Numbered from the stretch's first letter, positions 43,812-54,870 are shown. The stretch is DNA of 64,000 bases from an uncultured Eubacteriales bacterium (GCA_934444645.1 CAKSCV010000009.1:20439-84438), one strand, 5' to 3'. Numbers and translations are program-made. The notes: generated by a model not told the origin, from the sequence alone.

Positions 43812-44615
43812 TTAGGCTTTTTTGGCAAGCCCGGCAGCCTTGTTCTTTTCGTTTTCAAACTTCATATCCACAAGATTGTAAACGATGAGTACGGCAAGCA
43901 CACCGACGAAAAGCAGTGTGGAAAGCGCGTAAATGGTCGGCGTGACCTGCTTTTTGGTCATGCTGTAAATGACCACCGGCAGGGTTTGCGAGGTTGTGCC
44001 GGAGGTGAAATAGCTGATGACGAAATCGTCGATCGAGTAGGTGAGTGCCATCAGAAATCCGGAAACGATGCCAGGCATGATTTCGGGAATTACCACTTTG
44101 AAAAACGCCTGCCGGCGGTTGCAGCCGAGATCCATGGCGGCTTCATACAAACTGACGTTTAACTGCCGCAGTTTCGGCAGCACGCTTAAAACCACCGTCG
44201 GCACACAGAAGGTGACGTGCGCCAAAATCAGCGTCGCAAAGCCGGACGTGAATTTGAAGTAAGCGAACAACAGCATGAGCGAGATACCGGTCACGATCTC
44301 CGGATTGAGAATCTGAATATAGGTGAGCGTGCGCATAACGCCCTTGGACATCTTTTTCATGCTGTTCATGCCGAAGGCCGCCGTCGTGCCTAAAATGGTC
44401 GCAAGCACCGATGCGACCAGCGCGACGATGAGCGTGTTGATAAACGCGCCGATGATGGCTTGGTTGCGGAACAATTCCGCATACCACTTGGTGGTAAAGC
44501 CTGTCCAGGTCGCACCCTTGCTGGTGTTGAACGAAAAGACGATAAGAATCAGAATCGGAATATACAGAAAGGCAAAGCAAATGCCGGTGTATATGCGTGA
44601 AAATGTCTTTTTCAT
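43812..44615 (-). CDS. potC: Spermidine/putrescine ABC transporter permease
   Basis: The protein has six TM segments and an EAA-like loop (LYEAAMDLGCNRRQAFFKVVIPEI). Its ATG overlaps the potB stop by 4 nt. Confidence 0.85.
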   Translation of the reverse strand: MKKTFSRIYTGICFAFLYIPILILIVFSFNTSKGATWTGFTTKWYAELFRNQAIIGAFINTLIVALVASVLATILGTTAAFGMNSMKKMSKGVMRTLTYIQILNPEIVTGISLMLLFAYFKFTSGFATLILAHVTFCVPTVVLSVLPKLRQLNVSLYEAAMDLGCNRRQAFFKVVIPEIMPGIVSGFLMALTYSIDDFVISYFTSGTTSQTLPVVIYSMTKKQVTPTIYALSTLLFVGVLAVLIVYNLVDMKFENEKNKAAGLAKKA

Positions 44616-45433
44616 TTGATTGAATCCTCCATTTCATCACTGTCAAACTGGTTGAGGATTCCCATACTGATAAGCACCACGATCATCAGCACCAGCGAAG
44701 TTGCCGAGCCGACATGGAAGCCGGTTCCCTTGAGCTTGAACTGTTCTTCAATGAGGTCGCCGATGAGATAGCAGTCGCTGCCGCCCAAAAGGCGCGAAAT
44801 GATGAACGTGCTCACACACGGCACAAACGTCATGGTAATGCCGGTTGCAATGCCCGGAAAGCTTAACGGCACGACCACCTTGCGGATAACCACCGGCATA
44901 CTGCATCCGAGGTCTTGGGCAGCCTCGATGACGTGCCGGTCGATCTTCGTCATAATCGAAAACAGCGGCAGAATCATAAACGGCAGATAGTTGTAGACCA
45001 TGCCTAAAATGACCGCACCCGAGGTGTTGATAAGCTTTGCCGCAGGCAGTCCGAAAAAGGCAAGAAGGTTGTTGATGATGCCGTTGTCCTCAAGAATGGT
45101 CATCCACGCATACGTGCGCAGAAGAAAGTTCATCCACATCGGCAGCATGACAAGCAGCATAAACACCCGCTGTACGGCTGCCGATTTGCGGCTCATGATG
45201 TAGGCAAGCGGATAGGCGACAAGCAGGCAGATAAGCGTTGCGACAAACGCAAGGCACAGCGATTTGATAAGTACCGGCAGATAGGCGCTGGAATTGGCAA
45301 TGTTGTCAAACGTAAAACGGCCGGTGGCGTTGTCCGAGAAGGCGTAGTAGATAACTAAGACAAACGGAACGATCGTGAAGATCAAAATCCAGATAATGTA
45401 GGGAATGGCGGAAATTTTAGAGCCCCGCTTCAT
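44612..45433 (-). CDS. potB: Spermidine/putrescine ABC transporter permease
   Basis: An EAA-like loop is present ([23 protein letters not shown]). The start was trimmed to ATG 45433 ([12 protein letters not shown]) behind GGGAGG. The 54-aa N-terminal extension in the track overlaps potA. Confidence 0.85.
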   Translation of the reverse strand: MKRGSKISAIPYIIWILIFTIVPFVLVIYYAFSDNATGRFTFDNIANSSAYLPVLIKSLCLAFVATLICLLVAYPLAYIMSRKSAAVQRVFMLLVMLPMWMNFLLRTYAWMTILEDNGIINNLLAFFGLPAAKLINTSGAVILGMVYNYLPFMILPLFSIMTKIDRHVIEAAQDLGCSMPVVIRKVVVPLSFPGIATGITMTFVPCVSTFIISRLLGGSDCYLIGDLIEEQFKLKGTGFHVGSATSLVLMIVVLISMGILNQFDSDEMEDSIK

Positions 45434-46520
45434 TTGCCGCACCTCCCTCGAGGTACTCCGCGTCAGGCGTGTCCGAAGCATAGCTCTTGTGCATGATGTG
45501 AATGTCCTCCGGTGTAAGCGCCATGCCGATAAAGGAGCCTGCCTCGGCGGCTTTGGTGGAATGGATCTTCCATTTCGTGCCAAAGCTGTCCACAATCATT
45601 TCAAAGTGAACGCCCTTGAAGGTGACGGTTTCAACCGTGCCGTCTATGGTCGTGCCGTCCGGCTCTTTGACGCGGATGTCTTCGGGACGGATGACCACGT
45701 CCACCGGCTCCATCTTGTCAAAGCCCTTGTCCACACAGACAAAGTGCTTGCCGGCAAATTCAACGTCATAGTCGTCGTGCATAATGCCCGAAACAATGTT
45801 GCTTTCACCGATAAAGCGCGCCACAAAGGCGTTGGCCGGTTCGTTGTAGATGTCCTCGGGCGTGCCGATCTGGTCGATACAGCCGCGGTTCATGACGACG
45901 ATGCGGTCGCTCATGGTGAGAGCTTCTTCTTGGTCGTGAGTAACGTAAATGAAGGTGATGCCGAGCTGTTGTTGCATCCGCTTCAACTCGATCTGCATTT
46001 CTTTGCGTAATTGTAAGTCAAGCGCACCGAGCGGCTCGTCGAGAAGCAACATCCGCGGATGGTTGATGAGCGCCCGTGCAATGGCAACGCGCTGCTGTTG
46101 ACCGCCGGAGAGAAAATCCACTTTCTTTGCGCCGTAGCCTTTGAGGTTGACAAGCTCAAGCATTTCGAGAACGCTCTGTTTTATCTCTTTTTCGGGCGTT
46201 TTTTTCAAACGCAGACCGAAAGCAATGTTTTCAAATACGTTCAAATGGGGGAAAAGTGCGTACTTTTGGAAAACCGTGTTGACCTGCCGTTTGTACGGCG
46301 GAATTTTGTTGATCAGCTTTCCGTCAAAGAAGACCTGTCCTTCGTGCGGCTCGATAAAGCCGCCGATGATGCGAAGCGTCGTTGTTTTTCCGCATCCGGA
46401 GGGACCCAGCAAGGTAATAAATTCCTTGTCATGGATATCGAGATCGATACCCTTCAATACCTGCTCATCGTCAAAATTCATGACAATGTCTTTCAAGCGA
46501 ACGATGACACTTTTGTCCAA
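45417..46520 (-). CDS. potA: Spermidine/putrescine ABC transporter ATPase
   Basis: Walker A (GPSGCGKTT), the ABC signature ([15 protein letters not shown]), Walker B (LLLDEP) and a C-terminal TOBE-like domain are all present. The start is TTG, 6 nt after GGAGGTG. Confidence 0.9.
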   Translation of the reverse strand: MDKSVIVRLKDIVMNFDDEQVLKGIDLDIHDKEFITLLGPSGCGKTTTLRIIGGFIEPHEGQVFFDGKLINKIPPYKRQVNTVFQKYALFPHLNVFENIAFGLRLKKTPEKEIKQSVLEMLELVNLKGYGAKKVDFLSGGQQQRVAIARALINHPRMLLLDEPLGALDLQLRKEMQIELKRMQQQLGITFIYVTHDQEEALTMSDRIVVMNRGCIDQIGTPEDIYNEPANAFVARFIGESNIVSGIMHDDYDVEFAGKHFVCVDKGFDKMEPVDVVIRPEDIRVKEPDGTTIDGTVETVTFKGVHFEMIVDSFGTKWKIHSTKAAEAGSFIGMALTPEDIHIMHKSYASDTPDAEYLEGGAANEAGL

Positions 46521-46660
46521 TCCTCACACCTCCGCGCCGTGTTGCTGTGCGGCGCCTTTCCGACGCTCCGGAAACGGATTTGTCCGAAACGTCTTTTGCT
46601 CTCGCCTTCGTGCAACATTCAGATTAAAGGCAAGAATTTTGCATTTTGCAAATTAAGTTT

Positions 46661-46689
46661 ATAATACATATTCTGACAAAAAAATTCAA
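46661..46689 (-). promoter_or_regulatory. sigma-A-type promoter of the pot operon
   Basis: On the minus strand TTGAAT (46684-46689) is followed by 17 nt and TATTAT (46661-46666). This leaves a leader of about 135 nt. Confidence 0.5.
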
Positions 46690-46814
46690 TAATTTATTTC
46701 GACAGAACTGTTAATAAATGCAAATAAAAAGCGATTATTTTTGAAAACGGATGTCATCTTAAAAAATCGCCGAAAAGTGTCTCAAAACTTCTGCCGCAAA
46801 TGCGTGTTTTGTGA

Positions 46815-46843
46815 TTGACAAAATACTGTTTTTGGGGTAAAAT
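46815..46843 (+). promoter_or_regulatory. sigma-A-type promoter of the cytoplasmic GH78-like gene
   Basis: TTGACA (46815-46820), 17 nt, then TAAAAT (46838-46843). Confidence 0.55.
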
Positions 46844-46894
46844 TAAATGTACGCTACCTATATTATCAAAAAACGGAAAAAGCGAGGAAAAATC

Positions 46895-49030
46895 ATGCAG
46901 TTTTTTGAAAAGGCACTCCCGGTATGGAACACAGCCCTTGCTGACGAACGAAATATCACCGTCGGCCTTTGCAGCGCACCGCTCTGCGCCGGAACCTATA
47001 CCTTCAAAGCTGCGACAAGCGGTTTTTATCACTTGTTTGTCAACGGCACGTTTGTGCATTTCGGCCCGGCGCGCTGTGCACACGGCTCTTATCGCGTCGA
47101 TGAGCTTACGTTAACGCTTACGGAAAACGAAAACCATGTGGCAGTCGAGGTCAACAATTCCTATCTGAACGGCTTCGGACAGCTCCGCCAAAAGGGCTTT
47201 GTTCAGGCAGAGCTTGCCGCTTCTGACGGTACGGTCATTGCTGCCACCGGCAACAGCGGTTTTGACGCCTATATGCTCAAAGAGCGTGTGCGCAAAGTGC
47301 AGCGGTACAGCTTTCAGCGCGATTTTGCCGAAGCATACCGCTTTGAGGGAAATATCCGCGCTTGGCGTGTCGGCCATCCCGATAAAAACGCCGAACCGTT
47401 CACGCCCGGTGAGACGGAACCGAAGAAATTGGTCGAACGCCGTATTCCGATCGGAGACTATCCGGTCATTGTTCCGAAAAGCCGCCTTTGGTACGGCGAT
47501 TTTGAGACCGGTGTCGCGGGCGAGGTCTACAAAGACCGTTCGCTGATCGATTTGCATGACCCGAACGCCGGACTGCTTGAAGGTTACGGCGAAAGCGAGC
47601 TTGATGTGCATCTTTCGGATGAGGCGCAGGGCTTTCGCTATACGACGCGCACCGACGATGTGACGGACTATTCCGGCAAAACAGCTCTTTCGGCCGGAAG
47701 GTATGAAACGCTTCGGTTTGACGGCGAGCATACCGGGCTTTTGGGTGCAACGCTTGTCTGCTATGAGGCGGCTGAGGTCTGCTTTATGTTCAGCGAGGTG
47801 CTGCACGGCGGCGATATTCGTCCCATCGCCGATTGGTGCAACATGATTCGGATCGATATGAAGCCGGGCACCTACGATTTCCGGACGTGCGAGCCGTTCG
47901 GGATGCAGTACCTGAAAATTGCCTGCGTTTCGGGTAAAGCCGATGTGTGCGGCGTGAATCTCACGGCGATTATCTGCCCGGAAAAGATCACGGCAAGCTA
48001 TACCGGCTCCGACCCGGCAACCGCCAAAATTTTCGAAGCCGCCAAGCAGTCGTTCATGCAGAACAGCGTGGACATTTTCATGGACTGCCCGACGCGCGAG
48101 CGTGCCGGCTGGCTGTGCGACAGCTTTTTCACCGCACGCAGCGAACGCTTCTTTACCGGTAAAAACGATATCGAATACAATTTCCTTGAAAACTTCCTTC
48201 TTGCCGAACGCTATCCCAACGTTCCCGACGGTATGCTTCCCATGTGTTATCCGTCCGACCACTACGACGGCAATTATATTCCAAACTGGGCGATGTGGTT
48301 TGTTTTGGAGTTGGAGGATAGGGAAAAGCGTACCGGCGACAAAGCCTTTACGGCACCATACAAAGAAAAAGTGTATCGGCTGCTCAATTTCTTCAAAAAC
48401 TATGAAAACAAGGACGGACTGCTCGAAAAGCTGGAAGCATGGGTCTTTTTGGAATGGTCGAAGGCAAATGAGCTGACGCAGGATATCAATTTCCCGTCCA
48501 ATATGTTATATGCAAAAACTCTGCTTGCCGCAGCGCATCTGTTTGACGATGCAGCACTCGAAGCCAAAGCGAACGCCTTGTTCGACGTCATCCGCGCACG
48601 TTCGTTTGACGGCTCCTTCTTCCGCGACAACGAGGTGTATAACATAGACGGCATCCCGGTCTCTTCCGGCGAACGCACCGAAACCTGCCAGTATTACGCC
48701 TTCTTCACCGGCACGGCAACGCCCGAAACCTATCCGGACCTGTGGCAAACGCTTATCACCGATTTCGGTCCCAAGCGTGCACAAAAAGGCCTGTATCCCG
48801 AAATCTATCCGGCCAATGCCTTTATCGGCAACTATCTGCGGCTTATGCTGTTAGATGAGAACGGCTTATACGAAAAGCTCATCGAAGAAGCGAAGGACTA
48901 TTTCCTGTATATGGCCGAACGAACCGGCACGCTTTGGGAAAACACCGGCGACTACGCCAGCTGCAACCACGGCTTTGCGTCGTATGCCGCGCCTATGCTC
49001 GTTCGTGCCGAAGAAAACCTGAAAAAATAA
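46895..49030 (+). CDS. Cytoplasmic GH78-like (alpha-L-rhamnosidase-related) glycoside hydrolase
   Basis: The motif FMDCPTRERAGWLCDSF parallels the DCP(T/Q)RE..GW motif of GH78 catalytic domains. The protein is 711 aa with no signal peptide. The start was trimmed to ATG 46895 (MQFFEKALPVW). Confidence 0.55.
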   Translation: MQFFEKALPVWNTALADERNITVGLCSAPLCAGTYTFKAATSGFYHLFVNGTFVHFGPARCAHGSYRVDELTLTLTENENHVAVEVNNSYLNGFGQLRQKGFVQAELAASDGTVIAATGNSGFDAYMLKERVRKVQRYSFQRDFAEAYRFEGNIRAWRVGHPDKNAEPFTPGETEPKKLVERRIPIGDYPVIVPKSRLWYGDFETGVAGEVYKDRSLIDLHDPNAGLLEGYGESELDVHLSDEAQGFRYTTRTDDVTDYSGKTALSAGRYETLRFDGEHTGLLGATLVCYEAAEVCFMFSEVLHGGDIRPIADWCNMIRIDMKPGTYDFRTCEPFGMQYLKIACVSGKADVCGVNLTAIICPEKITASYTGSDPATAKIFEAAKQSFMQNSVDIFMDCPTRERAGWLCDSFFTARSERFFTGKNDIEYNFLENFLLAERYPNVPDGMLPMCYPSDHYDGNYIPNWAMWFVLELEDREKRTGDKAFTAPYKEKVYRLLNFFKNYENKDGLLEKLEAWVFLEWSKANELTQDINFPSNMLYAKTLLAAAHLFDDAALEAKANALFDVIRARSFDGSFFRDNEVYNIDGIPVSSGERTETCQYYAFFTGTATPETYPDLWQTLITDFGPKRAQKGLYPEIYPANAFIGNYLRLMLLDENGLYEKLIEEAKDYFLYMAERTGTLWENTGDYASCNHGFASYAAPMLVRAEENLKK

Positions 49031-49060
49031 AACCGATATTTGTGAAAAAGAGGTCTGTCT

Positions 49061-51031
49061 GTGGATCATTTTGAGCTTGTGGCTCCCTATAAGCCGACCG
49101 GCGACCAGCCGGCGGCCATCGAAAAATTGGTATCCGGCATCGAAGGCGGCATGAAGGATCAGACGCTTTTGGGCGTGACCGGCTCCGGCAAAACCTTTAC
49201 TATGGCGAACATCATTGCACGCGTCAACCGTCCGACGCTGGTGCTTGCGCACAACAAAACGCTTGCCGCCCAGCTTTGCAGCGAATTCAAGGAGTTTTTC
49301 CCGAACAACGCCGTCGAATTCTTTGTGTCGTATTACGACTATTATCAGCCGGAGGCCTATATTCCCGGCAAAGACGTGTATATCGAAAAGGACTCCTCGA
49401 TCAACGATGAGATCGATAAGCTGCGCCACAGCGCGACCAGTGCTCTTTTTGAGCGGCGCGACGTTATCATCGTTTCCTCGGTCTCCTGCATCTATACGCT
49501 CGGTGACCCGGAGGAATACAAGAACATGACCGTTTCGGCTTCTCCCGGACTTCAGATCAGCCGCGAAGCCTTTATCGCTTCCCTTGTGCGCATTCAGTAT
49601 GAGCGGAACGACCTGGTGCTTGAACGCAATAAGTTCCGTGTGCACGGCGATACCGTTGAGCTGTTGCCCGCCAATAACGATAAGACCGCGCTGCGTGTCG
49701 AATTCTTTGGCGATGAGATCGACAATGTGTCGGAAATCGATATTGTCACCGGCGAGGTGCTGCACCGCTTGACACGTGCGGTGGTATATCCGGCGACGCA
49801 CTATGTCACCTCGGCAGAAAAGCGGCAGAAGGCCATCGATGAGATCCTTGCCGAAATGACCGAACGCGCTGCCTTTTTCAAGAGCGAGAACAAGTTTATC
49901 GAAGCCCAGCGCATCGAAGAGCGCACGCGCTACGACATGGAAATGCTTGCCGAAATCGGCTATTGCTCGGGCGTGGAAAACTATTCGCGCGTGCTGGCGG
50001 GAAGACCGGCAGGCAGCACACCGTATACGCTTCTTGACTATTTCCCGAAGGATTTTCTTCTGTTCGTGGACGAATCGCACGTAACGCTTCCGCAGGTGCG
50101 CGGCATGAGCGGCGGCGACCGTGCGCGAAAGAAAAATCTGGTGGACTACGGCTTTCGGCTTCCGTCGGCACTCGATAACCGGCCGTTATTCTTCGACGAA
50201 TTCGAAGAGCGCATCAATCAAGCCGTTTTCGTCAGTGCCACGCCGCAGGACTACGAGAAAACGCACTCCGAGCAGATCGTCGAACAGCTCATTCGCCCGA
50301 CGGGACTTCTCGACCCGGAGGTCGAGGTGCGTCCGGTCAAGGGACAGATCGACGATCTTATCAGCGAGATCAACAAGCGCGTCGAAAAGAGCGAACGCGT
50401 GCTTGTCACGACGTTGACCAAAAAAATGGCGGAGGATCTGACCGAGTATCTCGGCAATTACGGCGTCAAATGCCGCTACATGCATTTTTCCATCGAGACA
50501 ATCGAGCGCATGGAGCTGCTTCGCGATCTGCGGCTCGGCGTGTTCGATGTGCTCATCGGCATCAACCTGCTTCGCGAAGGCCTTGACCTGCCGGAGGTGT
50601 CGCTTGTCGCCATTCTCGATGCCGACAAGGAGGGCTTCTTACGCAGCGAGACCTCCCTCATCCAGACCATCGGCCGTGCCGCGCGAAATGCCGACGGCAA
50701 GGTCATCATGTACGCCGACAACATCACCGGCTCCATGCGTGCCGCCATTTCCGAAACCAACCGCCGCCGCAAGATTCAGAAAGAATACAACGACGCGCAC
50801 GGCATCGTGCCGCAGACCGTCAAGAAGGATGTGCGCGATATCATCGATCTTGCCGTGAAGGATAAAGACAAAGACGGCAAGGGCAAAGCGAGAAAAATGT
50901 CCAAGGCCGAGCTTGACCGGACGGTGGCTGAGCTTACCGAGCAGATGAAGGCCGCCGCCGCGACCCTCAACTTTGAGCTTGCCGCAGCTTTACGCGATAA
51001 AATCGCAGGCCTCAAACGGAGCAAAAAGTAA
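49061..51031 (+). CDS. uvrB: Excinuclease ABC subunit B
   Basis: The product has full-length UvrB character: Walker [25 protein letters not shown] and a C-terminal UVR domain ([13 protein letters not shown]). The start is GTG. Confidence 0.95.
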   Translation: MDHFELVAPYKPTGDQPAAIEKLVSGIEGGMKDQTLLGVTGSGKTFTMANIIARVNRPTLVLAHNKTLAAQLCSEFKEFFPNNAVEFFVSYYDYYQPEAYIPGKDVYIEKDSSINDEIDKLRHSATSALFERRDVIIVSSVSCIYTLGDPEEYKNMTVSASPGLQISREAFIASLVRIQYERNDLVLERNKFRVHGDTVELLPANNDKTALRVEFFGDEIDNVSEIDIVTGEVLHRLTRAVVYPATHYVTSAEKRQKAIDEILAEMTERAAFFKSENKFIEAQRIEERTRYDMEMLAEIGYCSGVENYSRVLAGRPAGSTPYTLLDYFPKDFLLFVDESHVTLPQVRGMSGGDRARKKNLVDYGFRLPSALDNRPLFFDEFEERINQAVFVSATPQDYEKTHSEQIVEQLIRPTGLLDPEVEVRPVKGQIDDLISEINKRVEKSERVLVTTLTKKMAEDLTEYLGNYGVKCRYMHFSIETIERMELLRDLRLGVFDVLIGINLLREGLDLPEVSLVAILDADKEGFLRSETSLIQTIGRAARNADGKVIMYADNITGSMRAAISETNRRRKIQKEYNDAHGIVPQTVKKDVRDIIDLAVKDKDKDGKGKARKMSKAELDRTVAELTEQMKAAAATLNFELAAALRDKIAGLKRSKK

Positions 51032-51133
51032 AGCGCGTTTTTGGATTGGCTTCACAGAATTTACACATAGCGCGCGTATACTGTTAAAACCGTAAAGGAC
51101 GTAAATGATTTGAAACAAAGGACGTGAACGTGT

Positions 51134-51799
51134 ATGTACAAGCTTTTAGTCGTGGACGACGAACAGAAAATCCGTGAAATCATCTCCAAATACGCCCAGT
51201 TTGAGGGCTACAGCGTCGAAGAAGCACCCGACGGCATGACCGCCATCGATATGTTCAAGGAAAAGGACTATGACCTTGTTATTTTGGATGTGATGTTACC
51301 CGACCTCGACGGCTTTTCGGTCTGCCGCGAGCTTCGCAAGACAAGCCGCACGCCGGTTATCATGCTGTCGGCACGCGGCGAGGAATACGACCGTATCCAC
51401 GGGTTTGAGGTCGGTATCGACGATTATGTCGTCAAGCCCTTTTCGCCGAAAGAGCTGATGCTGCGCGTTTCGGCGGTATTAAAGCGCACCAACAGCATTT
51501 CCGACGATACCTTCGAATACGAGGGCTTAAAGGTGGATTTTGCCGGACGAATCGTGTACATCGACGGTCAAAAGACCGATCTGACGCCCAAGGAATACGA
51601 TCTTCTTTTCTATCTCATCAAAAACAAGGGCATTGCCTTAACGCGCGAGAAACTCATCAGCAACGTCTGGGGCTACGACTTTTTCGGCGACGACCGCACG
51701 CTCGATACCCATATCAAGCTGCTTCGCAAAAATCTCGGCGAGTATGCGCGTCTTATCGTGACGTTAAGAGGAGTGGGATATCGCTTTGAAGCCAAATAA
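51134..51799 (+). CDS. OmpR-family response regulator
   Basis: The receiver domain (LLVVDDE...DLVILDVMLPDLDG) is followed by a winged-helix output domain (LTPKEYDLLFYL...TLRGVGYRF). Confidence 0.88.
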   Translation: MYKLLVVDDEQKIREIISKYAQFEGYSVEEAPDGMTAIDMFKEKDYDLVILDVMLPDLDGFSVCRELRKTSRTPVIMLSARGEEYDRIHGFEVGIDDYVVKPFSPKELMLRVSAVLKRTNSISDDTFEYEGLKVDFAGRIVYIDGQKTDLTPKEYDLLFYLIKNKGIALTREKLISNVWGYDFFGDDRTLDTHIKLLRKNLGEYARLIVTLRGVGYRFEAK

Positions 51800-53405
51800 C
51801 GAAACCAAAACCGCTTCCGGAAAGAGCGGAATGCATATCCGCTGGAAGATTTTTTTCAGCTTGTTCTTTGTTTCCATGCTGATCTTGCTTGTTTTGTGGA
51901 GCTGTCAGGTGCTTTTTATCAGCAGCTTCTATCAGTATGTCAAAACCGGCGAGCTCAAAAGCGCGACCGATGAGGTCATCGCCAACCTTGACAGCGACGA
52001 CAGCGAGGCCATTTTCGAACGCATCATCCTGCAGGGCGATATCAATGTGCGTATCGTCAATACTTCCAACTTGAAAAGCATCTATTCCGGCGGCGACGGC
52101 AGGATATCCGCCACGCACGATATCGGCGATTTCGAGGTGTTAAGACTCTATGACCTTGCCAAAGCAAACGGCGGCGAGGTGTCGCAATACTATACGTATG
52201 ACCGCGAAAACGAAGATTTTTTACAGGGCATCCATGTGACCTTCCGCCATACAGCCGATTCCGAAAGCAAGCAAAACGGCAATTCCTCCGAGGACACAAA
52301 CGGGAATACCGATACCGAAACCGGTGCCACCCGCAAGGAGATCGGCGTGCAGTTTTTCTCGGGACGTCCCGGCTTTTTCCGCAACGACCGCTATGTGGAC
52401 GATTTTCTGTATGCCAAGCTTGCTACGCTTGACGACGGAACCGAGCTTATGGTCATCAGCGACGTACAGGTCACACCGCTCGATTCGACCATCGCCATCT
52501 TAAAGGGGCAGCTTGAAGTGACGTCGGTGTTGGCACTTGCCATTTCACTCATTGTTTCGTTTGTCATCTCGCGCAACATTTCGCGTCCGATCGTGAAGCT
52601 GAACGACGCGGCACTTGAGCTTGCACGCGGTAAATTCGACACCGAGTTTTCCGGCAAGGGCTACCGCGAGATCGAAGAACTCAGCGATACGCTCAATTAT
52701 ACCGCTAAAGAACTCGGAAAAGCAAGTGCCTTCCAGCACGAGCTGCTTGCCAATGTGTCGCATGATCTGCGTACACCGCTTACCATGATCGGCGGCTATG
52801 CCGAGGTCATGCGCGATATTCCTGGCGAAAACACGCCGGAAAACGTGCAGGTGATCATCGATGAAACCAAACGGCTGACCGCTTTTGTCAATAGTATTTT
52901 GGATTTGACCAAATTGCAGAGCGGCTTTGAAACGCTCAAATGCGACACCGTCTGCTTAACCGAAATGCTTGAAAGCATTCGCACGCGCTATTTCAAGCTT
53001 ACCAAAAACGACGGCTATACCGTGGAAATTCAAGCCGACGACGATGCATACGTCGTCTGTGACGAGGCTAAAATTTCGCAGGCATTCTATAATCTTATGG
53101 ATAACGCCGTCAACCATACCGGCGCGGACAAAACCGTTGTCATCCGGCAGATCCTGACGGATAAGAAGGTGCGCATCGAAATCGCGGATTCGGGCGAAGG
53201 CATTGCGCCCGAAGAATTGCCGTATATTTGGGATCGCTATTACCGTGCCAAACAAACGGCCCATAAACGCGCCGTGGTCGGCTCGGGCATCGGACTATCC
53301 ATTGTCAAAAGCGTGTTTGAGCTGCATAAGCTCTTATACGGCGTTGAAAGCGAAGTCGGCAAGGGAACCACGTTTTGGGTGGAATTTGACCGTGTAAAGG
53401 TGTAA
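51786..53405 (+). CDS. Sensor histidine kinase
   Basis: Two TM segments are followed by the H-box ELLANVSHDLRTPLT, an N-box (NLMDNAVNHT) and G-boxes (DSGEGI, GSGIGLSIV). The TTG start overlaps the RR gene by 14 nt; an alternative ATG is at 51831. Confidence 0.85.
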   Translation: MKPNNETKTASGKSGMHIRWKIFFSLFFVSMLILLVLWSCQVLFISSFYQYVKTGELKSATDEVIANLDSDDSEAIFERIILQGDINVRIVNTSNLKSIYSGGDGRISATHDIGDFEVLRLYDLAKANGGEVSQYYTYDRENEDFLQGIHVTFRHTADSESKQNGNSSEDTNGNTDTETGATRKEIGVQFFSGRPGFFRNDRYVDDFLYAKLATLDDGTELMVISDVQVTPLDSTIAILKGQLEVTSVLALAISLIVSFVISRNISRPIVKLNDAALELARGKFDTEFSGKGYREIEELSDTLNYTAKELGKASAFQHELLANVSHDLRTPLTMIGGYAEVMRDIPGENTPENVQVIIDETKRLTAFVNSILDLTKLQSGFETLKCDTVCLTEMLESIRTRYFKLTKNDGYTVEIQADDDAYVVCDEAKISQAFYNLMDNAVNHTGADKTVVIRQILTDKKVRIEIADSGEGIAPEELPYIWDRYYRAKQTAHKRAVVGSGIGLSIVKSVFELHKLLYGVESEVGKGTTFWVEFDRVKV

Positions 53406-53451
53406 AACAGCGATCAATGTGCCGAAAATTTCCTGATGAAGCATAAAAATG

Positions 53452-53495
53452 ACAGCCTCAGCGGCATTTCCGTTTTGCCGCCGAGGCTGTTTTTT
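53452..53495 (+). terminator. Rho-independent terminator after the two-component genes
   Basis: ACAGCCTCAGCGGC pairs with GCCGCCGAGGCTGT (one mismatch), followed by TTTTT. Confidence 0.6.
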
Positions 53496-53560
53496 ATCTG
53501 CCTGCCGGTTTTGTGTCCAAATGTTTGTACATTTGTATGTTCATCGTTACATTTCCCATC

Positions 53561-53589
53561 TTGACAAAAAACGACATTTTTGATAAAAT
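53561..53589 (+). promoter_or_regulatory. sigma-A-type promoter of the polysaccharide locus
   Basis: TTGACA (53561-53566), 17 nt, then TAAAAT (53584-53589). It lies about 90 nt upstream of the first gene. Confidence 0.6.
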
Positions 53590-53679
53590 AAACTATAATC
53601 AACGGTTAAAATGAGGCGTTCGCTATTTGCTCAAAACGTCCGAAACGCCCGAAACGGATAAAAACGGAGGTGAGACCGC

Positions 53680-54870
53680 TTGGTTCGCAGGCTCGAACAA
53701 AGGATTTACCGCATCGCGGAAAAGCTCAAAAGCTTTGATATCGGCATCGCCTGCCTTCTCGGCTGCCTCTATTTTTTGGCCGTTCCGCTTACCATAACGG
53801 TAAACGAATCCGGAAATTCCATGTTAAAGCTGCTCACTCTTCCGATCGGCGGCTATTTTGCGGTCAGTCTCTTTTTTTACCGAAAGAAAATCGAGTTAAA
53901 TCTTGTTCATCTCGGATCGTTTCTGTATCTGCTTACGGTGGTGGCAACCCTGTATGTGGACGGAAGCTCTCTTGCGGTGCGCTATGTGGTCGGCTACCTG
54001 CAAACCTTCGGGCTTATGTTTTTGATGACCATGCGCCGGTATACCGCAAACGAAATAAAAGCCTATGAGCTTGCTCAAATAGGCCTTCTCGGCATTATGC
54101 TCGCCCTCGGCTTTATCGGCGTGGATTGGGGCGGCGGCAGAAACACCTTAAAGCTGTTCGGCGCGACAAGCGATCCGAACTATTTCGTCGGCTTTTATTT
54201 GCTGCCGATGGCGGTGACCTTGAAAAAAATGCGGGAGAGCCGCATATACGCACTTCCGTGTGCGGTGATGTTTGCACTCGGAGCATATATCGTGGTCTCC
54301 TCCGGCTCACGCGGCGGCTTGTTTGCCCTCATCGTCACGGTGCTTGCGTTTGTGTTTTTTTCCGCAAAAAGCGGCAAACAGCGTCTCATCGGCATTGTCG
54401 CCGCTTTGTTCAGTGCGGTGCTTTTCTGGACGGTGATTCTGCCGTTATTGCCGGAAAGCGTTTCGTCGCGGTTTGCACTGCAAACCATCCTTGAATCGCG
54501 CGGCACGGGACGCGTCGATATCTGGATCTCCATGCTTGAAACCATCTCGGAATCGAAATGGGAGCTGTTCCTTGGCCGCGGTGTTTTAGCGCAGCACGAA
54601 TTCTTCTTGGGCGGAAAAATGGCAAAATGGGCGGCACATAACCAGTTTATTCAGGCATTGTACAATCAAGGCATCCTGGGCTTGCTTGCTTTTCTTCTCA
54701 TGTCCTTTGGGGCGGTATTCCGCAATATCAAAAAACGGCCGCATATCGCGGCAGCCATGCTCGGAATGCTTGCGCTTTGCATGACGCTTACCATCTACAC
54801 CAGTATCAAAACCTTTTGGAATTTGCTGATTTATGCGGCTCTTTCATTTGATGAGCCGGAAAAAGACTAA
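53680..54870 (+). CDS. O-antigen ligase/polymerase-family membrane protein (Wzy-like)
   Basis: The protein has about 10-12 TM segments and a Wzy_C-like segment (VVSSGSRGGLFALIVTVL...AHNQFIQALYNQG). The start is TTG, 7 nt after GGAGGTG. Confidence 0.7.
   Translation: MVRRLEQRIYRIAEKLKSFDIGIACLLGCLYFLAVPLTITVNESGNSMLKLLTLPIGGYFAVSLFFYRKKIELNLVHLGSFLYLLTVVATLYVDGSSLAVRYVVGYLQTFGLMFLMTMRRYTANEIKAYELAQIGLLGIMLALGFIGVDWGGGRNTLKLFGATSDPNYFVGFYLLPMAVTLKKMRESRIYALPCAVMFALGAYIVVSSGSRGGLFALIVTVLAFVFFSAKSGKQRLIGIVAALFSAVLFWTVILPLLPESVSSRFALQTILESRGTGRVDIWISMLETISESKWELFLGRGVLAQHEFFLGGKMAKWAAHNQFIQALYNQGILGLLAFLLMSFGAVFRNIKKRPHIAAAMLGMLALCMTLTIYTSIKTFWNLLIYAALSFDEPEKD

Noticed and set aside
47111-48262. 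383-aa ORF antisense to the GH78-like gene
   Set aside because: It is a shadow ORF within a well-supported CDS, with no start context or recognisable motifs.
48866-50080. 404-aa ORF antisense to uvrB
   Set aside because: It lies entirely inside the clearly genuine uvrB gene on the opposite strand. It has no RBS and an Arg/Ala/Gly-rich, low-complexity composition typical of shadow ORFs in GC-rich coding DNA.
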